Of a stretch of 64,000 nt of DNA, positions 41,446 through 54,999 are shown in pieces. Source of the DNA: Amphiscolops sp. MND2022 (Eukaryota); contig OZ076409.1 in NCBI GenBank assembly GCA_964187785.1, positions 62,870,001-62,934,000 on the forward strand, written 5' to 3'. The position numbers and the translations under genes were made by a program. Within the stretch, counting starts at the first letter, position 1. Each line of letters starts with the position of its first letter. The notes beneath the pieces are model-generated. The model was not told the origin of the DNA. It worked only from the letters and a program-made list of their open reading frames with translations, and did not search any database.

Positions 41446-44400
41446 AAAACGAAGCGAATGATGGCAAGCAGAAGCGAGAAGTAAGAAGTCAAGCAGAAAG
41501 AAACAATCTTTTCTCCAGTGAACCACTACGCAATGCAGTCAGAAGTCAACTTTCAAAGATGAGAAGCGAGTAAACTTTTCAAAACTTAGATTTTCTTGCT
41601 GTTTTTTCTAGGCTGAGTAGAGTACAAATAGGCAAAACAATTTTTCGGAAAGATTTTCTCGGAAGATTCCAAAAACACTTCAGTGAGAAATATCTAGGCT
41701 TGAAAAAAAATCTTGAAATGGGGAGCTGACTGTGGGTTGAAATCGCATTGCATATCGGCAGTTTGCAATCTATGTTTCACAAAAATCTTAGTGACAATGT
41801 TTCTGACAGACGTTTCGATAGCATTCTATTGTCTTGGTTGATTTGCAAAGTTCACATCGCTATGCACTGCATAGCATTACGGGAAGTAAGAAATTTTCTG
41901 AGTCTAGTTTTTGCTTCAAAACGACTGTCAGAGTTTTTTGTGAGTATGTTGTTTTTGCGACCCAGAGATACGTCGTTTTCTGTAAAACGATCGAAGCATC
42001 ATTCTCACAAGGTCAAGGAGCACACTGTTAGGTTCAAAAGGCTTAGAGTTTTGCGTGTCTTCGCTACTTTACACAATTTTGCTGAACGTTTTGAAGCTCG
42101 TTTTAAAATTGAGGACAGTCCTTCTTGATCAGGAGAATTTGAGTGAGGAAACAGATGCGAATTTTGCTAGTGAGCAAAACGTGTTGAAAGAAAACCGGTT
42201 CGAATTTTGGTGTGAACTGGTGCAATGTCTAGATAGAAAGTCATTGAGTTTAGTAAAAACACCAAAACCTAACGGCACTCAGGCTTGAAAACTTTTGCCT
42301 TTTTTCAAAAGTCGCGGACGTCCTCGTAGCCATCAACATTTGAATAACTTAACGAAACTTAGAATGAACTCACAAGGGAGTATGCGCGAGATTTTGATGT
42401 GAGCTGAAGAACATCAGCTTAATCTGACCGATGTTGGAGAAAACGTTAGTGATCAAATGCTATGTTCGGTAGTCTTGAAAGGTTTGCCGAACAGTTTTGC
42501 AAGCATTGTAACTGTTTTCAAGATTTGGCATGAAGCTAAAACTTTTGCTGATCTCAAACGAGATCTTTTGAATTTCGATAGTGATAGCTGTTGATGTCAA
42601 AACCGACCAAGGAAGAAGTTCACATTTCACTAAAGACGTGAAATGCTTCAAGTGTGATAAAATTGGCCAGAGACAAAGTGAATGCATAGCCAAACTGTCT
42701 GCCATAGTGTGTTACGAATGTGGTGAAAAAAGCCACAAGGCGAATGAATGCCTCAAAAAGAAAAATAAGTCGAAAACAGGAGCTCCGCGTGAGACGGCTC
42801 AAAACAAACGTTTTTACACGAAGAGAAATGAGCGTAGTCTAACTTCGGGAAAATAAGGTTTCTTCTTTCATACTAGCCAAGTACATTCGTTGTCAAATGA
42901 GCGAACTTTTGATAGACAGTGGCTGCACGAGTCACTTGATAAAGGACGCAGATTTGTTCAGAGACTTGGACGTATCGAAAACGGGTAAAGTTGAGTGTGC
43001 GAACGGAATTGAATCCAATATTAAAGGTAGAGGATCCATTACTTTCTTCGGAAAAGACAATCAACGCCAAGATCAAATCTTGGAGTTTGAAGAATCGTTG
43101 TACGTTCCTCAATACACAAAAAACTTGGTTTCGGTCGAAAATGTGAGCGAACAATATAACTTGCTTTATTTACAAGTTGATTGTTTGCATGAGCAAAGCA
43201 ATGCCGCAGTTGCAAGTCTTTAACTTTGGCATGAAAGACTTGGTCACAACAAAAAAATTGTTGTTCGAAATTTGGCAAAAACTGTGGTTAATATGTTAGC
43301 AGATGAAGGAAACGAACTTTGCGATGTGTGTTACAGAGAAAAGGCCAAGCGGTTACCGATAAGATGCCTAGTAGCAACTAGAGCTAAAAAACCTTTAGAA
43401 ATAGTCCACAAAGATAGATCTCCAGGAAACACGACGTCGATTGATGACTTCACGTACGCTCTTTGATTTGCTGATAGCAGACTCGGTGCTTTTCATCTAC
43501 TTGAAACAAATTCCGAAATCGGAACGAACCTTTTGAAGTTTATAGCTGAGCTTGGGGAACCTCGCAAGATCGTCACTGATAAGGCCAGAGAGTTCAAATT
43601 CGGAAATTTCGCGGTCATTTGTTTACAGCAAGGATTGCATCAGGAATATAATTGTGAATACACTCAGGAACAAAACGGTAAAGTAGAACGAGTTTGGGGA
43701 ACCATTGGCGCGATGACCGGGTGTCTGTTGAAATCAGTCGGCTTACCTGAATGTTTTTGGTTGTTTGCTTACCGAGCAGCTTTCCATATAAAACACCGAT
43801 GCCTTTCATCTGCTTTTGGCACAACACCGCTTGAGACAATTTTTGACAAGACACCATTTGCCTCATTTTCGAGTTTTTGGGTGTCAAGCATTCATGTACT
43901 TAGAGAAACCAAAGCGAAACAAGTTTGAATGTAGAGCTTATCACGAAAAGTAGCTGCAATATTAAATTCAACGAGACTAGTTTTCCAGGTAAAACACACT
44001 TTGCAAACGCTGAAAGTGACAGTGATGTTTTTGAACTCAACGAAAGGGGGAGTGAAATAGATTTGTAAACACGGAATCAGTCGCCGATACAAACTTAATG
44101 GGCTAAGTGAGTGATTTGCAAAACGGAAATTTAGGCGGTAATGCAAAAGCTTTGGTTACGGAAAGATCACACAAGTGTGTTACAGAAATTCAACTGCATA
44201 GTTCGACTGTGGATACAACGACTAGATACGGACGAAAAGGGAAGCCGCCCAACAGAAACACCCCAGGTGCGAGCAACAACCTGTCTTACAATTTAGGTTC
44301 GTCTAATTTCGATGAAATTGAAACGGTCGCATACAATAGGTATTATGTTGATCATGAGTTACCGAAAAGCATTGAAGAAGCGCTTTTTCCAGAGTGGTAT

Positions 44401-44779
44401 CGCGCGACGAAAGCGGAATAAAAATCTTTACAGAAAAATGAGGTGTGGGAACTTGTTGAAAATGCCCGAAAGAAAAAACCACGTTACAGGTAATTGGCAT
44501 TTTTGCACTTAAGCCATACAGTAAAGGAAAAACTATTAGGCACAAAGCAAGATACCTAGCTAGAGAATTCAAACAAAAACAAGGTGTTGACTACAGTCAA
44601 ACAAAATCCGACTGTGAAAATGGTAACACTTCGAGTTTTGCTGAGTTTTGCAGTTCAAAAAGAAATGAAGTTGAAACAGTTAAATATAGAACCGCTTACT
44701 TGAACGCAGGTATGGAGGAAGAGATTTTGTTGATCAGCCACCAGGATTCTTCAAGAAAATTGGCAACGGCAAAAGCTAT

Positions 44780-45870
44780 CAATACGATACATATGCCGCA
44801 AAAGTGGATTTTTTTTCATCAAGTGTAAAGTGTATTTTCCGTAAATGAGAGCGAACCGTATTCTAGTCAAACAGTGCAGAGTGTTCATCGTGAATTTTGA
44901 TACACAGTGTAATCAAAAACTGCGGATTGTGGTCATTAAGCGTAGTTAGAGAAAAGAGGACACCAGTCCAGAGCTTTCAACATACAATTGGCTCGAATCC
45001 GTAACGTGTATGAAGCGTAAAGTTGTCAAACTTTGGCTAGAAGTCACTATTCGAGTACTCAGAAATATCTACTACGTAAATTAGTCAATCTTTGACTAGA
45101 ATTCATTTTTCGAGTACTTAGGAATATCTTTAATTGAAAACGGGGAAAGTGATCAAAGTTCGACTACTTTACACCAAATAAACGATACATCCTACTGCTT
45201 TCCTATTTAACAGAAACGCTGCACCTTGTAATTGCAGTCGGTAATTAGTTTGACTATTTTACACTATTCACTTTGACTAATTTGACTAATTTACATAATT
45301 ACATGCGTAAATTCACATGTGTAGGAACGGAAAAAGCCCAAATTTATAATGTTTTGTGTTTTGTTAAAAAAGTATTGTGTAATGATTAAAATTATTTGAT
45401 GATTGGGTGTATGTTGGACAATATACAATACATATGTAAGTGTTTATAATACAGCGATGATAACTGGAAAGTTTTATTCAAAAGTTCAATAGACTGGGTT
45501 TGGTTCAAGTTAGAAATAATGAATGTTTCAGAGAACGCCAAATCTTCGATTCGTCCCTTGGGGGGCTCTTGCAACAACAGGAATACCCACAAACAAGGGA
45601 CATGACACCCGTTGGATTTTCAATTGTTGACGACAGTATATTTCATTTCGTTTTAATTCATTGTAAACTTTTTTCCACCTTTATGTATAAACTTTGGAAT
45701 TTTTGATCTTTTATTATGTACTAAAGGCTCTTTTCTGTTAAATCGCCGCCCACTGATTTAGTTCCCACCAGTTAAGCGGTCAAGTGAATGTAGTGGGGAA
45801 CCGTGTAATTGGGGGGATTGAACTTTTCGCGACTACTGTGGGAGGAGTTAACAGAAAGGTCGATGATGTT
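44780..45870. mobile_element. Unclassified ~1.1-kb insertion splitting the copia RT
   Basis: RT-like peptide stops after QPPGFFKKIGNGK and resumes at KHIVCRLRKSLYG; boundaries approximate. Confidence 0.55.
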
Positions 45871-46797
45871 AACAGAAAAACATATTGTTTGTAGATTGAG
45901 AAAATCACTTTATGGGTTGAAGCAATCCGGTAGCAATTGGTTCATGACACCTAGAGATTTTTTGCTCAGCATTCAGTACAAGCCGAGCAAAAGTGTTTCC
46001 TGTTTGTTCCTGAAGGAACGAGACGGTCAAAAGGACTTTGAAGCAAGTTGGGTAAATCATTTAGTAGCGACGATATGAATTTTCGGTAGATGGCAGTAGA
46101 TGGCTTGAACTGTTTCTTGGGAATGAAAATTAGGCGTGAAAAAGGCAGACTAGAAGTTTCCCAAGAAAAGTACATCCAATAATTTCTTGAAAGCTTAAGA
46201 AAGAACGATGCCAAAGGATTTTTCACGCCTGTCGCTGAAAAGCAACAAATCAGTAGGTCACACTGTTTTGACTGAGGCAGCCAAGAACAAAAGCAAATGA
46301 AAAATTGTAATTTTTTCGTGGATTGCTTGTTTGCTTGAATTACTTAGCGAACACAACAAGACCTGATATAACTTTCGCTGTGAGAGCCTTAAGTCGTTAC
46401 GTTCAAAATCCAGGTCGTAAAAATTGGTTACAAGGAAAACGCATTTTGAAGTATCTCAAGGCAACAAAGTGTAGAAAACTGACGTATAGAAATTCTGAAA
46501 ATGCTGGAGCTCACAGGTTTCATTTGTGCCGATTGGGCAGGAAAATTAGATGATAGGAAGTCCACCAGTTGTTTTTGTTTTTTTTCTCAACTCAGAATCA
46601 GGAGCTATTAGTTGGATATCTAAGTTACAGGCAACAGTAGCGACTTCAACAGCTGAGGCTGAAGCAAGGTCGTTATTTGCAGCTTCTCAAGAACTCGAGT
46701 TTCTCCGAGAACTATCAAACGAGATAGGAATAGATACGGAAAAGCCTACTAAGATACATTTAGCAATCAGCCTTCAGCCTTGTATCGCGATGACCAA

Positions 46798-47086
46798 CAA
46801 GACAGGAACGTCTAAAGCCAGCGCTATATCTATAGCTCAAAAAGCGCAAAAGACTTTTTTAGAAAAAGTTTGGAACTTTTCATTTTTTCTTTCAGAAAAG
46901 GTCGCATAGTCCAGAAAAATGTAAACGGGGGGACCCTTTGGGCTTTAATAACATTAATTCTGTTGCAAAATTTTGAAAAACTCGAAAGGTGGACTCTTTT
47001 GAGACATTAAAAAAATTTCGAAAAAGTCGCACGGTGCCGAAAAAGTGCATTTTTCGTGCATTTTTCACTAGAAAAGCGCCGACTAA
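46798..47086 (-). mobile_element. HINE-like copy in the copia RNase H
   Basis: Removing it restores in-frame CIAMTK-KTMNSQKVKHF; inserted in an A-run with no distinct TSD. Confidence 0.82.
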
Positions 47087-47529
47087 AAAGACAATGAACT
47101 CTCAGAAAGTGAAGCATTTTGCAATAAAGTTGAGCTTTATACAAGAAAAAGTAGAAATGCGACATTTGAGTGTTCAATGTTGTCCAAATAGTGTACTGAT
47201 AGCAGACTTGCTAACTAAATTGTTGGAGAGAAGTAGGGTTGAAATGTTCAGCAAAAGATTCTCCGGAGAATATAACTTGTAATCGAGCTCCGAAAAGAGG
47301 GAGTTCTAAGATATCCAGAAGACATAGCATGTTTCGAAGCTAGAAACAAGTTTTTCGATATGTATGAACAAATTCTCCAGTCAGAACAAGTCACGGTTTT
47401 TTTGTATTTGAGCGGGAGATAATCATTAACTTCTGATGTCTATTTTGTAAATCACTTTTGTGTTAACTTCTCTGAATACAGTTGAATTGATACTACCAAC
47501 TCTTCGTCTCACTAAGCCTGAAAAGTCAA

Positions 47530-48720
47530 GATCACAAAGGGAAGCAAGGATATAGTCTACTTTTTGTACCATCAAAGGTTCCGTTATGAAGTATGACGAT
47601 TTCGGGTTCCAGCTGAAAATTATTTATTTCATTGTTTAAAAAAATGTTTTCAACTCTTTAGTTCTTTCATCAAAACTTCGTGATTTGAGGCTAGACAAGT
47701 TCACAAGGTTGTAGGCCCTGGAATATAAAGTTTGTAGCACTTTCTGAAGACCATTGAACGTTTGTGCTCGAGGCCAAGCGCGACATGCCGTCACGCCTGT
47801 TTTTAGGGCTCGAGCTTTGCCAGATGCCCATTAGGTGACGTCTTTTTTCGCAGATTTCGTGACATCTGCCAAACTTTTTGTGAGACAAATTTCTCCAAAC
47901 CGACAATAGATTTGGATACCTTGTTTTCGCTAGAAAATGCGCAAGATCCTAGGGTACATTTTCGCCGGAAAAATTTTTTGAATAAAAAAACGCAATTTTC
48001 GAGTGTTTTTCATCTTTAATCCCCTATATCTCAGAACTGAGACTAAATACAGAGCCCATGGTTTCAAATTTTGTAGGAGCGTTTCATAGGCTATATTTTA
48101 GTTTTAAACTGACGTCAAAATGTTTTTCCAAATTCAAATTTTTCGGGCAAAGAACTGATGAAAAAAATGTCGATTTTTTTCTAACTTGAAGCTCGTATTT
48201 CTCAAAACTGATAGAAGATACAGAAACCAATTCTCCTCAAGAACATCTGTAAGGATGTAGGCTCCTTTTTAGACCAAAAATCATCAAGTATGACGCCTTC
48301 GTTTTTCTGCCGAAAATACTTGAGTTTAAAAAAAGTCTTGGTTCTTTTTTAATTGACATCCTCTATCTCATCATCGAAAATACCTACGGGGTTCATGGTT
48401 TTTTAAAGTTTAAGAGAGTTCTGTAGCCTACGTTTGAGGCTAAAAATGACGTCGAATTTGTCGCTCTCTGGTTTTTTGAGCAAATAAAGTAAAAATGTTC
48501 CTCCTCTTCTTCCCAAATGGTGGCTGAAATTAGACAGAGCTGAAAATAGATACGAAAACCATTCTCCCTCTCAAAAGGAGACAAAGATGTTGGCCTTTTT
48601 TTGTACAATCAAAGTTTCTGTCATGAAGTATGACGCCTTCGAGTTTCTGTCAAAAATACAATTTTTCATTTTTCTCGAAAAAAACTTCTAATCGACTTTT
48701 TAAATCTTTCATCAAATTGG
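47530..48720. repeat. Degenerate repeat with recurring aagtatgacg subunits
   Basis: Related blocks near 47560-47610, 48265-48320 and 48595-48660; termini not identified. Confidence 0.5.
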
Positions 48721-50230
48721 GTCCCCGGGTTGAATGTTTCAGTCTCAAAATTAGGGGATACTTACAAATTCCACTATTGTTGAGATACTTCTTAAAAGGT
48801 TCTTCCGGTGTATACCAATCCTCCGAATTTACTGTAAGAAAAACTATGGAGAGTACAATCAGTCCAGTTGGTAATTTATTCACTGGTTGAGCCTGTCCGG
48901 AGCTTTTGAATTAGAAGTACAACAAATTAACAGAGAGAGAGAGTCACTCTCGTCTTTAGGACTACGTGCGCGGGGCCCAAATCACTATCATGCAAATACT
49001 AGGGTACTCACTAGAATTCTAGGTTTCCACCACGGTATGCTATCAAGGTTCCAGGATACCCTCTGGGATCATGGCCTTCAATCAGTCTCCGAGAATACCT
49101 AGGCGGGCTTTTACTCTATGTGTGTCCGTCTTGACTCGCGTGAATTTCCCCACTGCAGGTTTAAATACAGTGTTGAAAGTCAGTTTCGTTCTTGTTTAGG
49201 ACTGAATGTAATCTAGCATTTTCGTAAAAGTCAATCGTCTCTAATAAATGTGTTGGGTATTGAGAGGACTGAGTTGAGTGGTGCATAAACTCTCCAGAAC
49301 GCCGTTAAGCTGGAGAGATTCTGTTGGAGATTTTACTAGTTGCCTTATGATTTATATAAACCAATGAAGCCAAGTATTGTGGCTGTAGGAGAAAAAAGAA
49401 GGTTAGAAAGAAAATCAAGAGTATTAAGTAGTTAACGCTAACTTTGGTGAGCAGGGATTCTAACAGATTGCTCAATTACTTCTCTATAAAAAGAGAAAAA
49501 GACTGCCTCAATGGTCGCACCAGTTTGTCGCATGCATGGATCAATTTCATTCACTATTTTCAGCTTTCTCCTTTTTCAAGCGACTGTTCAATCACTATCA
49601 GAATTAGTCATTTCTGCTGCCTTAGCATTTTGTAAAGTGATTTCAGGCGACTTTTCTATTTTTGATTAGACGTGAGTAAAAATGTCTCAAACGCTTACTC
49701 CGTGTTATCCTGAAAAGGAAATGCCTTGCATGTACGTGCGAACTAAGGAAATTGCGTGAGTAAGTGCGATGCTATTTACGTATATGAGCGGTCTACTTAC
49801 AAAGAAAAATCGAGGCGAGCAAATATGTTGAATTATTACAAGGAAACTGAAGTTAGGTCAAAAATTTTCCTAGGCATAGCAAAACATATTGCATTCTTTG
49901 CTTAAATCAGTTGAGATTTTACAATCTACTTTATTTCATCAGCAAAGTAGCTTTATCAGTCTAATCATAATGCATTTCTAAACTTTACAGTTAGAATTTG
50001 AAGCTCTTCTCTTCCATTTTGAAAATGTTTCAGTTTAGCTCCGAATATATATTGGCTATAGTAAGTGATAGTTTAAACTGACGAGTTTTAGTTTTCTAAA
50101 GTCACTGTCCAGAGTGTGTAGGAACAGCATTAGGACTTTTTCATATGAAACAAATTTACAAGGTAAAAATGGTAAAATGATGAGCGCAATACTTGTGTAA
50201 CGCTAACCCAACCGTTATTTACTTCTAATT

Positions 50231-50570
50231 CTAAGATAGAATTTAAACAACCACTGAGTGAAATCAGCGTAATTACTCTAAGTTAAAATGTTAACAACCA
50301 CTGAGTAAATTCAGTGAATTTATTCTAAGATAGACATGAAATAACCACAGAATAGAATCAGCAAATTTTTCTAAAATAGAAATAAAATAGCCGCAGAATA
50401 GAATCAACGCAATTTTTCTAATATACAAATAAAATAACCGCAGATTAGAATCAGCGGAATTTTCTAAGATAGACTTGAAATATCCGCAGAATAGAATCAG
50501 CGCAATTTTTGTAAGATAGAAATGAAATAACTGCAGAATAGAAGTAGCGGGAATTTTCTAAAATAGAATT
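50231..50570. repeat. Degenerate ~47-bp tandem array, 7 units plus a partial
   Basis: Units start at 50231, 50278, 50325, 50371, 50418, 50464, 50511 and 50558 (ctaagataga...gaatcagcg.aattt). Confidence 0.85.
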
Positions 50571-50899
50571 TAGGTAGAAAAGGAGAATCAGAGAAATCTC
50601 CACAAAAAAGTCCAAGTTATTTTTCACTTACCAAACGGGGGACCTTTGTCGAGTTGAAGAGAATTTTCGGAGATAGATATTTCAGCTAGGAGGAGTGTGA
50701 CTTAGCAAAACTTTGACAACAGAATTGTTTCGGGATGAAAGCCAAAGCAAAAGAAGGGAAGTAAATAAGATAGATTTTTTAAGTTCAAGGGTGAAATAAT
50801 TCAAGAATTTGGTGAAGGGAAGAGAGGGAGAAGCGAGAAAGGGAGAGAGCTTGTTTAAGTTGAAGCTTTGCCGGTTGGCGGGAAGAATGAAGCTCCAGC

Positions 50900-50980
50900 C
50901 TGTGCGCGCCGTATAAAAACATTTCAGCACTTCTACTGAAGTGCCTGGGCGGCCTGTTTTGCATTCAGCCAATCACAGCT
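50900..50980. promoter_or_regulatory. Promoter-like motif cluster
   Basis: tataaaa 50912-50918, gggcgg 50947-50952 and ccaat 50969-50973 in a locally GC-richer patch, with outward-facing gtaagt donors on both sides. Confidence 0.35.
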
Positions 50981-53006
50981 TAGCTTTAGATTTTAGATTA
51001 CCGCGGTAAGTAATAAGAGTTTTTCAATTCGTGCAATCCCGCGGTTTCAGTACTCCTTATTATTCTTTTTTTCTCGGCGACAGATTTATTATACGCTCGT
51101 TGCCCTCATCAATTATTAACCTTTTTTCCCCCTTTCTCTCCAGGTTAGCTTATTTTCCTGTTTTGTTTTTCAGGTGCTTTTTAATCATAAACTGCGCTGT
51201 AGCACAAAGATGATTGTTATGCTTTGTATTTATGCAGATGTTTTTGAATACAAACGGCACTGTAGCCCTGGGGTGATTGTTGAGCTTTTTATTAAGTCAG
51301 GTGTTTTTTGTTAAGCGTTTTATTGTTGCAGTTGCTCTTTAATTATTGATTGTTAAGCGTTAGTCATAACGCGACGGGGCCTATTTTTGTTGCTTTTAAG
51401 TTGAGCCTGATCTAAGGAGGGAATTCTCTTACTACTCTGGAAAAACGTTTCAGATTCTTCTGACAAACGTTTTGTACCACGTCGGAAAAAATATCACGTT
51501 TCACAAAAAGTAAAACTGAGGCACCACTTTCTCTTCAACAATCTTCAGAAAGATTTCTCCATTTCTCCGAGCACCTCGTTTGTGTTCGTTGGTCAGCGCG
51601 GCTCAAATTTGATTGATTTTTGGTGTTTTTTGGAGAAACCGTAATGGAAAATTGGAAACCGAGAACGAATTTCAAACTTTAATCTAATTATTCCTTCAAG
51701 GACTTACGTAATGGCTCATTCCGTCAATTTTGGGTTTTGAATACTTTTTCATTCTTCTTCACTCAATGTCTCAGAAATTAAGAAGTGTAGTATCAATGCT
51801 AACTACCTGACGTCTCCCATTTGGTATTCAAAAATCTGCCGAACAATGGCGACGTCGAAATGTAACGTCCGCCATTTTGGTGGTACCTGTTAGAAGTTTT
51901 TGAAATATTCTAACTACCGCACGAAAATAAAAATGGCCGATCTGACAGGTGCTCAAAATCAGTCGAGAAGACGGTTCACGAGGAACACATAGAGGGAATC
52001 CCGAAAGCTATCGTAGACACAGAGATATTCACGAAATCACCGTGTTGTGCCTTTCCATACCAGAAAACGTCCCGATTAACAACAGGAACGGAAGAATAGC
52101 CCCGGAGATGAGAAAACTGTATGTTGATGTTTCCTCACCTTATTGTAGTGTTTTTATACAAATTTTCAGGTAGTTGAAGATGTGTGATCTTTTAGATATT
52201 ATTTTGTCACCATTCGTACCTAACGTAATGTATTTCAGGTAATTGCCTTTTTGGACCTCGGGAGTATGTGGAAAGTTACAAAAAGTGTTTTGTGTATTCA
52301 AGTACTAACTTGACCTCGTTCTCACTGCGTCTCTGTGCGCAACTGAGGCTGGGAAGCAAAATTACGTCGGTTCCACTCCCGCGGTGAACCAGCGTGTAGA
52401 GGACTAATGGTTTTTTTCCGACACTGCGCGAATTTTCTTGATGGTTAGTTTTGGTCCAATGTTTGAGTAAGCCTTAAAGTGGATTCCGCGGTGCCAAAAG
52501 ACACGTTTGTTTTGTTTAAATCTTACTATTTGAAGAAACTGAATTAGACAAAGGGTCAATATCAGATTTATTTCAGCACTGTTCTGCGTTTCTGAATTTA
52601 TTTTTCACTAGGTGGCTCACTCTGCATGTAGCATATTTTGTTTTTAGACCCGATTAAGGATCCTGCTTTGTGTAGTTTCAGCAGTTGTTTGCCCTTCATT
52701 TTTTGACGTTCTTGCAGGAAGAAAAAACATTTTCCAGCGTGGTAGATTTGTCCTTGGGTTTCTCCGTTGTACCACTTGTTTGTGCGAAGAAGTTGTTCAT
52801 CGATGAGTCCGCATCTAACTACTGTTGATAGTCTGTACCTGCTCTACAAAACGTGAAAAAAACTTGCCTACTTTGGCCTTGGGCCAGCGATGTTGGTCTG
52901 GGCACCAAAATCGTCTTACTAAATAGAATTAGAGCATCCAAACAAATTGAATGACAGTAAATGCTCAAGAGAGTGCTCAAAACGCTTGAAATATATCAGA
53001 AAATGA

Positions 53007-54049
53007 CCCTAGGTTACAAGAATCACAAATCTTGCAAAATTCTTCCGAAATTCTCGTCAGCTTTGCATTTCTTGCAAGAATCTTACAAGTTTGTACAAGA
53101 ATCGCAAATTTTGCAAATTTGTTACAATGTCGAACATTTCTTACAAGATTCTGATAACATTTTTGCAAAAAATGCGTTTTTTGGTAAGAAATTCTTACAA
53201 AAAATGTGATGTGTTAATTCGACCAAAACTTCAAAAATCATCAAACTACCAGCAACAACAGCCACAGTTGCCGTTTACAATGCACAAACTGTCCCAGGAT
53301 CGAAGCAAAAGGCTCCAAATTGTTAATTTTGAGCAATAAGATTTTACATGCAATTTTACCCCAGAAATTACTATAACGTATTCCAGCTATGAAACTCCGG
53401 ACAAAAACTGTGAGAACTCTTCAGCTAATGATGATAGTAATATGAACATGATACCAATTGAAAATACATTTTAAGGGCTTTCTAACGATTCTAACCCGAA
53501 CCTGCTGTCAGCTACTGTGATGGAGAAAATCAGTAAAAATACTATAAAACCACCTGTGAAATGTCATATTGAAAACTATAAAAACCCTGGAAATTCTAGC
53601 AAAATTCAACCATCGGTTTCATTTCTTCTCCAGCCCATTTCAACTAGTCATGAGACTGCTGAGAATGGAGGACATTGCTCTCTCAGAGGCACTGACCCCC
53701 ACGCAGGGCTTTAATGTTGTAAGCGAAAGCTTTACAACAATATAACATCAAACAATGCTCATGATGCAAATAAGGCATTCCGATATTATAAAATCTAGAT
53801 GCTCTAATATGGGAAATTGTGTCATTTTTCGCGTACAGATAGTTTTCTTTTGCAGCCGTTTAATTTTTTTGAGGCAGGAAATGCAAAAAAATGGTCGGAT
53901 TTATGCATTTTTTGTAACATTCTGAGCAGAAAAATGCAAATCTTGCAAGATTTTTGCAAGAGTTAGATTCTAAAAATGCATTTTCTTACAAGATGTTACA
54001 AGAATTCTTGTAAGAATTTTGCAAGAGTTGTGATTTTTGTAACTTAGGG
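53007..54049. mobile_element. CACTA/EnSpm(CMC)-like non-autonomous element
   Basis: CCC...GGG termini; 38-bp TIR with 3 mismatches; subterminal cttgcaaga repeats; 2-bp TSD ga. Confidence 0.75.
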
Positions 54050-54546
54050 GATCTAAAAATCTCTCCACAACAAGAATAACTCCTCAAAATCATATTCAGA
54101 AAAAATCTAATATAAAAAACAAACGACAAAATGCAGATGACGTCTCCAATTCAACCATTCTTCTGGAAAAAAGCAGATGACACATACAATTGACAAGATT
54201 TGAAACAACAAAAATGAATGAAATTGATTTCATGTCACAACAATGAGACCTAAAAGGTAGCAGGTTTTCGGAAAACACGTGAAAACCATCTGAATGAGAA
54301 GTTTATACGGAAAATATATCTAAGCATAGATATACTTATACACTAGTACATACCTATCTCTGAAAATGACATTTTTGCTCCTAAAATGATCGATCAAAAC
54401 AAAAAGACCCGAAAATCATACCTATTTCGTGGCTTCAGGATACGCAGTCCCAAACAGTGTTTTCGATGCTACCTGGGTCAGTAAGGAAACCCTTGAGACC
54501 AAACACACAAACCGGATTGAGATTCCATGAGACGGCACTAAAAATG

Positions 54547-54767
54547 CACTAAAATTTGGCGGAATTCAACTTTTTCAGACATGCCAAGTTTATTTTGGCC
54601 TTGATGGACCACCAATGAGCCATCGATGGAAGGTCGACGGGGTTCACTAAAATTCACTAAAATTCACTAAATTCACTAAAATTTGGCGGAATTCAACTTT
54701 TTCAGACATGCCAAGTTTAGTTTGGCATTGATGGACCACCAATGAGCCATCGATGGAAGGTCGACGG
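54547..54767. repeat. 94-bp direct duplication separated by ttcactaaa mini-repeats
   Basis: 54547-54640 and 54674-54767 nearly identical. Confidence 0.9.
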
Positions 54768-54999
54768 AGTAGTTGTCTGGGCCTGCGATTTTACCCTAGG
54801 AGTCGTTCATGGGTGGGCCATAGATGCCCGTGTGGTATGGCTATTTTACATGAGTTTGATGTTATCACTCATGTTATGTCCAATCTTTAGTTTAATGTAA
54901 AATTCATTGGTTTAATTTCTATTTCTCAATCAGGTTTATGAGCTTCAAAAATAGTCCAATTCAGCAACTAAAAGAATAGTAACTAAAAGAAGAAATATC

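Larger units (their letters stand above)
40760..47524 (+). mobile_element. Decayed Ty1/copia LTR retrotransposon with nested insertions
   Basis: LTRs 40760-40979 and 47304-47524 (about 88% identical by hand count); PPT gaaaagagggag 47292-47303; copia order: knuckles CFKC/CYEC, protease IDSGCTSH, WHERLGH, integrase QNGKVER, RT KSLYGLKQS, RNase H TRPDI/STAEAE/ADLLTK; many stops and frameshifts; no clean TSD. Confidence 0.92.

Noticed and set aside
48650..48883. 77-aa secreted peptide ORF
   Set aside because: It starts at GTG, the apparent signal peptide coincides with a splice-acceptor pyrimidine tract, and the 3' half runs into repeat DNA.
50231..50570. CRISPR-like array
   Set aside because: Whole units are homologous with no unique spacers; eukaryotic context and no cas genes.
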